From the NCBI GenBank assembly GCA_051439425.1, contig JBFRWD010000167.1, positions 1-14,041 of the forward strand: 14,041 nt of DNA, written 5' to 3'. Under the pieces are notes generated by a model. It did not search any database, had not been told where the DNA came from, and saw only the letters and a program-made list of their open reading frames with translations. The DNA is from Synechococcus sp. GTDB lineage: Bacteria > Cyanobacteriota > Cyanobacteriia > Thermostichales > PCC-7336. This document shows, piece after piece, positions 8,471 through 14,041 of the stretch; the first letter of the stretch is position 1; every line of letters begins with the position of its first letter. Both the position numbers and the translations under genes were made by a program.

Positions 8471-9050
8471 GCAGTTGCTGGAGACAATCCGAGCCAGCCG
8501 CCGACTGGAGCCCACAGTGCGCAGGCTATCCAGATTCATCGAGTCCCGAACGGGGGTCTCCGTGCCTCTGTTGGCACCTCCGCCGCCTTACATTCCCAAC
8601 CGTCCCAATTACCGCCGCCGCCAAGCAGTGTTTGCCGCCCTCGATCGCGCCTGGGAAACCTACGGCTATCGCTCTGTCACTGACCTGCAGAAGTTGGTGA
8701 AGCAGGATACCGGTAAGGGGTGCTCGCGGCGATTGGTGTGCGAGTGGCGTCGGGAGCAGGGCAAGACCGACAAGCGTAGAGATGCCGTCTACCGTCATCT
8801 GGATAAAGCGCGGGCCTCCGGTCTGCGTAGTTATGCCGAATTGCGAGAATTTGTGCGAAAACACTCTGGCACCGGCTGCGGAAGCGAGTTAATTCTGGCT
8901 TGGAAGAAGTCGAGGGGGATCGAGATTAATAAGAGAGTTCGCAATGTCGATTCGGAAAATATATCAGTTGTATGCAGCGATTCTGGGGATGGCACTTGGC
9001 CTATCCCTCCCCACCTTCGCTCAGCGGCCCCCTCAGCCAAGGGTGCTTGA
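8463..9050 (+). CDS. Basic protein with two tandem HTH-like repeats, probable DNA-binding
   Basis: GAGG RBS before ATG 8463; repeats RRQAVFAALDRA...VKQDTGKGCSRRLVCEWRREQG and RRDAVYRHLDKA...VRKHSGTGCGSELILAWKKSRG. Confidence 0.75.
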   Translation: MFKQLLETIRASRRLEPTVRRLSRFIESRTGVSVPLLAPPPPYIPNRPNYRRRQAVFAALDRAWETYGYRSVTDLQKLVKQDTGKGCSRRLVCEWRREQGKTDKRRDAVYRHLDKARASGLRSYAELREFVRKHSGTGCGSELILAWKKSRGIEINKRVRNVDSENISVVCSDSGDGTWPIPPHLRSAAPSAKGA

Positions 9051-9696
9051 GTGGACGGTCACGCTGGATGACCCTTCAGAGTTGTTGGTGGGTGAAGGGG
9101 ACAGCATCGAACCCGGACAACCGGTTGTGGTCAGAACCAATGCCCTACGCCAGTTGGAATCTCGCAAAGACCGGTTGAATGTCCAACTCGATCGCCTGCA
9201 ACTAGTGGATCTAAATGTCCCGGCGCTGCCTGCAGATGTGGAAGCTTACAGTGCTCGTTTAGAGAGAGAAAAGTTCGAGTACGAGAACGCCGAGCGTCAG
9301 GTATCGGTGCAGCAAAACATTCTCGATTTGATGGCTGAGAACTCAAACGTGACTGAACTAGTCATAGACCACGAGACGGCCAGGTTACGTGAGCTACAGG
9401 CGATGGCGATAATTCAACGGTTGGAAGTGGAGGAAATTGAGGGTGAGATAGCAGATGCTAGCGCCCGTGCTGCCACGGCCACAGCCGCCGCCCGATTTGA
9501 CGCAAATGTCGAAGCTCAACGAAACGCGATCGCTCAATCCGGCGTGTTGGCTCAACTGGAGGCAGTCGATCGAGACATCCAAGCGGCGCAGGCGTTTACT
9601 GCTCCCTTCGGAGGCGAGATTTCCTATGTCGAATTCCTGGATGCTACTGACGGCAGGATTCGCGCTCTGTTGCATGTCCAGCCCAGCGATCGCTAA
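8944..9696 (+). CDS. HlyD/membrane-fusion-like periplasmic adaptor
   Basis: Signal peptide (MSIRK...LPTFA|Q); split lipoyl-like halves LLVGEGDSIEPGQPV and FTAPFGGEISYV around a long coiled coil. Confidence 0.8.
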   Translation: MSIRKIYQLYAAILGMALGLSLPTFAQRPPQPRVLEWTVTLDDPSELLVGEGDSIEPGQPVVVRTNALRQLESRKDRLNVQLDRLQLVDLNVPALPADVEAYSARLEREKFEYENAERQVSVQQNILDLMAENSNVTELVIDHETARLRELQAMAIIQRLEVEEIEGEIADASARAATATAAARFDANVEAQRNAIAQSGVLAQLEAVDRDIQAAQAFTAPFGGEISYVEFLDATDGRIRALLHVQPSDR

Positions 9697-10318
9697 CCCG
9701 CTCCCCTGCGAAGACCCCAGCGGCGAGTGCGTACAGCAGCTCCACCAATTAGCACTAGAAAACTCCCAGGCTTGGGAGGTACAGAATCAGGCGATCGCTA
9801 CCAGGCAAAAGACGTTGTGGGCGGAAGGATTGCCCAGGATTTCAGCCGGTCAGAACCTGCTGTCAGATGATTTCAGCGACGGGGCACAATTGAGTCTATC
9901 CATGGATCTAGTCAATCTATTCGGTGGTGGCGATCGGGCCCGGGCGCGGTTGTTTATTGCCGAATTGCAGGCGAGTCAGGCTGAGTTTTCGACAGATTTG
10001 ATGTTGGCGATCGCCGATCGGTTGGTTCAGTTGGATGCAGCAACTGGGGAAGTACTCAGCTTGCAGGATGAGTTAGAAAGTCGGCAGCAGGCGTTGCAGT
10101 TTTACGAGTTGGGGTATGCCTCGGGGCAGGGCTCAACGTTAGAGTATTTCGGGCTGCAGGATGCGATCGCTGGGGTGGAACGGGAGTTATGTGCGGCGTT
10201 GAATCAGGAGCAGTTGGCGCGATTGGAGTTGGTGTCTACTGTGGTGCCGGATGGGTTGGGGGATGTTGGGTTTGATGGGTGTCGGCAGGGGGTTGGAGAA
10301 ACGGCGCAGCGGTTTTGA
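9626..10318 (+). CDS. Short TolC/outer-membrane-efflux-like protein (single OEP repeat)
   Basis: GGAGG RBS then ATG 9626 (alternative 9641); signal peptide; ALENS, LPRISAG, LSLSMDLVNLFGGG and YASGQGSTLEYF resemble OEP motifs; only ~230 aa. Confidence 0.72.
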   Translation: MSNSWMLLTAGFALCCMSSPAIANPLPCEDPSGECVQQLHQLALENSQAWEVQNQAIATRQKTLWAEGLPRISAGQNLLSDDFSDGAQLSLSMDLVNLFGGGDRARARLFIAELQASQAEFSTDLMLAIADRLVQLDAATGEVLSLQDELESRQQALQFYELGYASGQGSTLEYFGLQDAIAGVERELCAALNQEQLARLELVSTVVPDGLGDVGFDGCRQGVGETAQRF

Positions 10319-10330
10319 AGTTGGTTGAAG

Positions 10331-11716
10331 TCAGCAGTCGTTTTCAAGTCGGTACCAGGAATATTCACATAGTTCTTCTGGTGAAAGCTCGTCGATGTGA
10401 ATCATGCCCGCAGCTTCAAAGTCAAAGTTTGGATCGGGGAAGCGATCAACTGTGAAATCGTTGTATACCGCTCCCTCCCAAATGGTGGAGCAGGGATAAA
10501 CGTCTCCATTTTCAAACGCTGTTTGAACCTCTTCATCTCTGAGATCCGGATTGCTTTCCCTGAAAATCTTGATACAGATTTCTTTTGATGAGTTCTCTTC
10601 ACTTGTGTATTTCACCCACCTGAAGTCCGCATCCTGAAGGTTGGCATACCCCAGGGATGCGTACTGAAGGTTGGCGAGCCCCATGTATGCGTCCTGAAGA
10701 TCGACCCCACCCAGGGATGCGTACTGAAGGTTAGCAGAATCCAGGGATGCGTACTGAAGGTTGGCACTCTCCAGATCTGCATCCTGAAGGTTGGCAAACC
10801 CCAGGTATGCGTACTGAAGGTTGGCGAACCCCAGGTATGCGTACTGAAGGTTGGCCCCACTCAGGACGCAGATCTGAAGGTTGGCACTCTCCAGATCTGC
10901 GTTCCGAAGGTCGGCACCCCCCAGGTATGCGTCCTGAAGGTCGGCACCCCCCAGGTATGCGTCCTGAAGGTTGGCATCCTCCAGGTATGCGTCCCGAAGG
11001 TTGGCATCCTCCAGGTCTACGTCCTGAAGGTCGGCACCCCCCAGGTATGCGTCCTGAAGGTTGGCGCGAGACAGGATCGAACCGGGTAATTGCAGCCCGC
11101 TTAGGAATGCCCCCGTACCTGTTACTTTCGTATCGGCCTCACCGTCGAGCCCTACATCCAAACCCGCAAGGCTTTGAGGTGGTTGTCGAATAATGCAACT
11201 TGGCCATCTATTCATGTCTCTACACAGAGGCCAAGGAAATCGCCACGGTCGAGACACCAAAAACTCGATCGCCTCTTTCCTCCCCCCATTACCCGGCTGC
11301 CCCGAAGCACTGGTAATGGTTTGCCAAGCCGTAAATACATCTTGCTCGTACCTGATGTCCTGATTGGCAATGAATGAGACAACGGCAATAGCAATACCCA
11401 CGCTGCCCACCACTTCAAAGATTTCGAAGATCGCAAGACTCTTGAACCAGCGCAATGCAGCTTCGAGTTTTCTTTCAACCTTGACCAAGGGGCCAGTTAC
11501 TCGGGCTGCTTCTCTCTTAAGCTGGCGTTCTGCTGTGACCCAGTAGTATTCATCTCGGTCATCCTGGCGACCATCGATATCCCATAGAAAAGCTGCTCTC
11601 TTCGCAATCCGCTCGCGAGAGATTCCAGGCTTGTCTTTCTTCTGCGAATACATTTGCCTGACGGCTTTTTGCAGCTCGGCCTTCCTGTCTTCTGAGCGAC
11701 TGTGTTCGCTTCGCAT
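10331..11716 (-). CDS. Membrane-anchored pentapeptide repeat protein with DUF2934-like N-terminal domain
   Basis: ERIAKRAAFLWDIDGRQDDRDEYYWVTAERQL (DUF2934-like), TM helix VVGSVGIAIAVVSFIA, AWQTI...GGRKEAIEFL cap, 30 pentads, acidic tail. Confidence 0.9.
   Translation of the reverse strand: MRSEHSRSEDRKAELQKAVRQMYSQKKDKPGISRERIAKRAAFLWDIDGRQDDRDEYYWVTAERQLKREAARVTGPLVKVERKLEAALRWFKSLAIFEIFEVVGSVGIAIAVVSFIANQDIRYEQDVFTAWQTITSASGQPGNGGRKEAIEFLVSRPWRFPWPLCRDMNRWPSCIIRQPPQSLAGLDVGLDGEADTKVTGTGAFLSGLQLPGSILSRANLQDAYLGGADLQDVDLEDANLRDAYLEDANLQDAYLGGADLQDAYLGGADLRNADLESANLQICVLSGANLQYAYLGFANLQYAYLGFANLQDADLESANLQYASLDSANLQYASLGGVDLQDAYMGLANLQYASLGYANLQDADFRWVKYTSEENSSKEICIKIFRESNPDLRDEEVQTAFENGDVYPCSTIWEGAVYNDFTVDRFPDPNFDFEAAGMIHIDELSPEELCEYSWYRLENDC
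10616..11065. repeat. 30-bp (2x15) coding tandem repeat array
   Basis: Units like CCAGGTATGCGTCCTGAAGGTCGGCACCCC, 15 in register, encoding alternating ANLQ(D/Y)/AYLGx pentads. Confidence 0.92.
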
Positions 11717-12191
11717 GGTTTGTGATCAGCGAGTGTTCTGCAGGCAATTGGAGCCGCTATTGTGCTTCAGTTCAAGCTTTTGCTGATTTCGACTCTCGCT
11801 GTCTGGGGTTTCTACAGATGAGAGATTAGCGATCACAGAGCAATTGGTGGATTGCAAGCGGTAAACTCGGAGCTGGAAGCGCTGGATTATTGCAGCCCCC
11901 TAAAAAGACGAAAAGCAGAATTTTACAAGTTGTTGTCGGCTCAGGAGTGATTCGACCAATGCATATTTTGCATTACCTTCTGTTGTAAATCAATCAGGAG
12001 AGACTTGCGCTACAAGCAGCTAGCGCCGCCAGAGCTAATTCCCATAGTGGCACCGGATGTGTTGCCTAAAATTCCATTCACTGAGTGAGGGCGTTTTTCG
12101 GCATAACCGGATTAAGGACTAAATCTAAAGATCAAAATAATTTATCCTATCTTGAGCTAGCTTGTTTGCGTTTCTTACTCCTTCAGAAAAT

Positions 12192-12758
12192 ATGGATAAT
12201 CTGTGGATTAAAGCAATTTCATCTGAACTTTTCTGGGATGCTCTTTCATCTATTGCAACTCTATTGGGATTACTAGTTGCATTATTCTTGCCATTTATTA
12301 GCAACTACAACAAGTACAACAGAATTGAAAAACTAATTAAGGCAGAGCTCGATCACAACTATCTCATCATCAGGAATATGCGTTCGTTAGATACAGTGAC
12401 GATTCCTAAACCTCCTGGGAAAGCTCCTATTGCGATAGACCCTGCTTCAAGGAATGAGTCTTACCGGCAACATATTGAATTAAGGATATGGAGACAGTAT
12501 AGATATGAGCTTGCTTCGGCCCGACTGAACAAATTTGAGAAATTTCAGTCTGTCAATAAGCTTGTTGAATATATTGTCGATCAATTTGAAAAACCTAATT
12601 TTCCACCGGGTGCAATAGCTATTATGCAAGCGGATGCAGCTAAATCTTTCGTCGAAATCTACAAAGAGCTTTGGCCCCCAAAAAGCTCTTTGCTTAATTG
12701 GAATATGGATGCCTTAGTTCTTGATCGCTCAAGTAAGAAGCAATCTTCTCCGGGGTAA
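12192..12758 (+). CDS. Hypothetical low-GC protein with N-terminal TM helix
   Basis: Likely start ATG 12192; ALSSIATLLGLLVALFLPFI then helical LIKAELDHN; 188 aa open in AT-rich DNA. Confidence 0.75.
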   Translation: MDNLWIKAISSELFWDALSSIATLLGLLVALFLPFISNYNKYNRIEKLIKAELDHNYLIIRNMRSLDTVTIPKPPGKAPIAIDPASRNESYRQHIELRIWRQYRYELASARLNKFEKFQSVNKLVEYIVDQFEKPNFPPGAIAIMQADAAKSFVEIYKELWPPKSSLLNWNMDALVLDRSSKKQSSPG

Positions 12759-12787
12759 CTTGCGGTTACTCTGCACCAGTGTTTGCT

Positions 12788-13090
12788 ATGAGCAGCTATA
12801 TCTGCCAGCACTTCCGACCAGCATCCTTTTTGTCTGACTGGAGCACCGAGATATCGAGTGAGGTCAGGCGATTTCGTTCCACTATCGGCAATGGTGCCCT
12901 AAAGCTGTCGGTCGTGCCGCTCCCCGATCGGCGATCGCGAGTCATTTTGGAGTGGATACAGGAACGGGATTTCAGCCTTGAAGACTTATCAGGTCTACCC
13001 TGCAACCTCAACTCAGACTCCGAGTGCATAGTCATCGTGGATAGCGGTCCGGTGTTGGTTCACCGATTAGATCTGGTGGCAGCAAAATGA
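12788..13090 (+). CDS. Possible hypothetical protein (100 aa)
   Basis: Open frame filling the gap, contains a HIP1 site; no recognisable motif. Confidence 0.35.
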   Translation: MSSYICQHFRPASFLSDWSTEISSEVRRFRSTIGNGALKLSVVPLPDRRSRVILEWIQERDFSLEDLSGLPCNLNSDSECIVIVDSGPVLVHRLDLVAAK

Positions 13091-13147
13091 GCGCAAAACA
13101 TCCGGTACCTGCGAACCGACTTGGCTGAGAGCAGGAAGCGTTCGGAA

Positions 13148-13468
13148 TCACCCCATAGCTTGCGATTGAATCTTCTCCGGTGTCAGCTGATATCCCAACG
13201 CCCTCATAATCGCGTTGATGCTGGCAAACTGCGGATTCCCATCTTCAGACAGCGCTTTCTGTAATCCCTTGCGGGATATTCCCGCCGCCTCAGCCGTCGC
13301 AGTAATTCCCTTCGCACGACTCACAATCCGCAGGGCGGAGAGTAACGCCCCCATGTCGCCATCTTGGGCGAATTCCTCAAACGAGATTTTCAAAAAATCG
13401 TCGATTTCCTCTGGATGCTCGCGATAGTACTCGGATGTGACGTCACTTAGGGTTCTGTAGTTACGCAT
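13148..13468 (-). CDS. Addiction-module antidote protein (HTH antitoxin, HI1420-like)
   Basis: Start ATG 13468; ALLSALRIVSRAKGITATAEAAGISRKGLQKALSEDGNPQFASINAIMRALG; 8-nt overlap with the toxin. Confidence 0.92.
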   Translation of the reverse strand: MRNYRTLSDVTSEYYREHPEEIDDFLKISFEEFAQDGDMGALLSALRIVSRAKGITATAEAAGISRKGLQKALSEDGNPQFASINAIMRALGYQLTPEKIQSQAMG

Positions 13469-13820
13469 TGTCCAAATAATCCCTCCAATACTCCTTTGCC
13501 GCTTGAATATCCTTCTGCTGACTGCTCTTATCCCCTCCACTCAGCAAAACCACGATGGTATTTTTGTCCTGCCCGAAATACACCCGATATCCGGGGCCAA
13601 AAAACATCCTCAACTCCGAAACCCCATCTCCCACACTTTGACAATCCCCGAAGTTCCCTTGCTCCAATCTCAGCAACCGAGCTTCAATCCGTTTTCTCCC
13701 CAGCCGATCCTTCAACCCTCTCAACCAGTCCGTAAACGGCTCGTAGCCTCGCTCATCGGCATAGACAATGACGACTTTTTGACTGCTTTCACCAGGCACA
13801 GGATACTGTCGCTGCTTCAT
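13461..13820 (-). CDS. RelE/ParE-superfamily addiction-module killer toxin (HI1419-like)
   Basis: PFTDWLRGLKD, RLEQGNFGDCQSVGDGVSELRMFFGPGYRVYF, LLSGGDKSSQQKDI. Start ATG 13820 or GTG 13799; the track's 13988 start lies in intron sequence. Confidence 0.93.
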   Translation of the reverse strand: MKQRQYPVPGESSQKVVIVYADERGYEPFTDWLRGLKDRLGRKRIEARLLRLEQGNFGDCQSVGDGVSELRMFFGPGYRVYFGQDKNTIVVLLSGGDKSSQQKDIQAAKEYWRDYLDNA

Positions 13821-13842
13821 TATATGCGTACCATAGTACGCA
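13819..13842 (-). promoter_or_regulatory. -10 box and adjacent operator palindrome of the third TA operon
   Basis: Minus-strand TATAAT at 13819-13824 abutting TGCGTAC-N4-GTACGCA (13825-13842). Confidence 0.6.
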
Positions 13843-13916
13843 GCACTGGGCCTCTTGCCCACACGCGAACGCAGAGGACACAGGCAAATAGCTCTGGGCA
13901 CGCCATCAGAGCCCAG

Positions 13917-14041
13917 ATTAGGGGTCGACGGAGCAGTTACCCGCTCCGCCTCCCATTCAAAACCGTGCATGCGAGTTTCCCAGCACACGGCTCCTCCTTA
14001 GTTAGCCAAAGTAGTAGGGCTAGCGACCCGAGTGGGGGGTC
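13917..14041 (-). mobile_element. 3' end of a group II intron (domains V and VI), continuing beyond the window
   Basis: Minus strand GAGCCGTGTGCTGGGAAACTCGCATGCACGGTTT (DV, 13960-13993; AGC triad, GAAA loop), then GGGAGGCGGAGC-GGGTAACT-GCTCCGTCGACCCCTAAT (DVI hairpin, AY terminus near 13917). Confidence 0.9.

Noticed and set aside
13821..13988. N-terminal extension of the RelE-like toxin in the ORF track
   Set aside because: It runs through the promoter palindrome and intron domains V-VI.

Overview
Accessory, mobile-element-like DNA, very probably cyanobacterial (about 19 HIP1 GCGATCGC octamers by manual count). Left to right: two tandem type II toxin-antitoxin (TA) pairs (AbrB/VapC-PIN and HigB/HigA), a 3' remnant of a second vapC, and a low-GC membrane/wHTH ORF. 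Next come an ~0.9 kb AT-rich spacer and a winged-helix replication-initiator-like gene with four internal 21-bp-period iteron-like repeats. An antisense pentapeptide-repeat gene separates it from an overlapping five-gene + strand operon: membrane-anchored AAA+ ATPase, YdjM-like membrane hydrolase, tandem-HTH protein, HlyD-like adaptor and half-length TolC-like protein. The window ends with a second antisense pentapeptide-repeat gene (DUF2934-like N-terminus), a low-GC membrane ORF, a third TA pair (RelE-like killer/antidote) and the 3' end (domains V-VI) of a group II intron. The best candidate for an uncharacterised system is the Rep-linked ATPase/hydrolase/HTH/HlyD/mini-TolC operon, which has envelope-spanning parts but no canonical ABC/RND/MFS pump. 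All family calls come from motif recognition by eye, not database searches.
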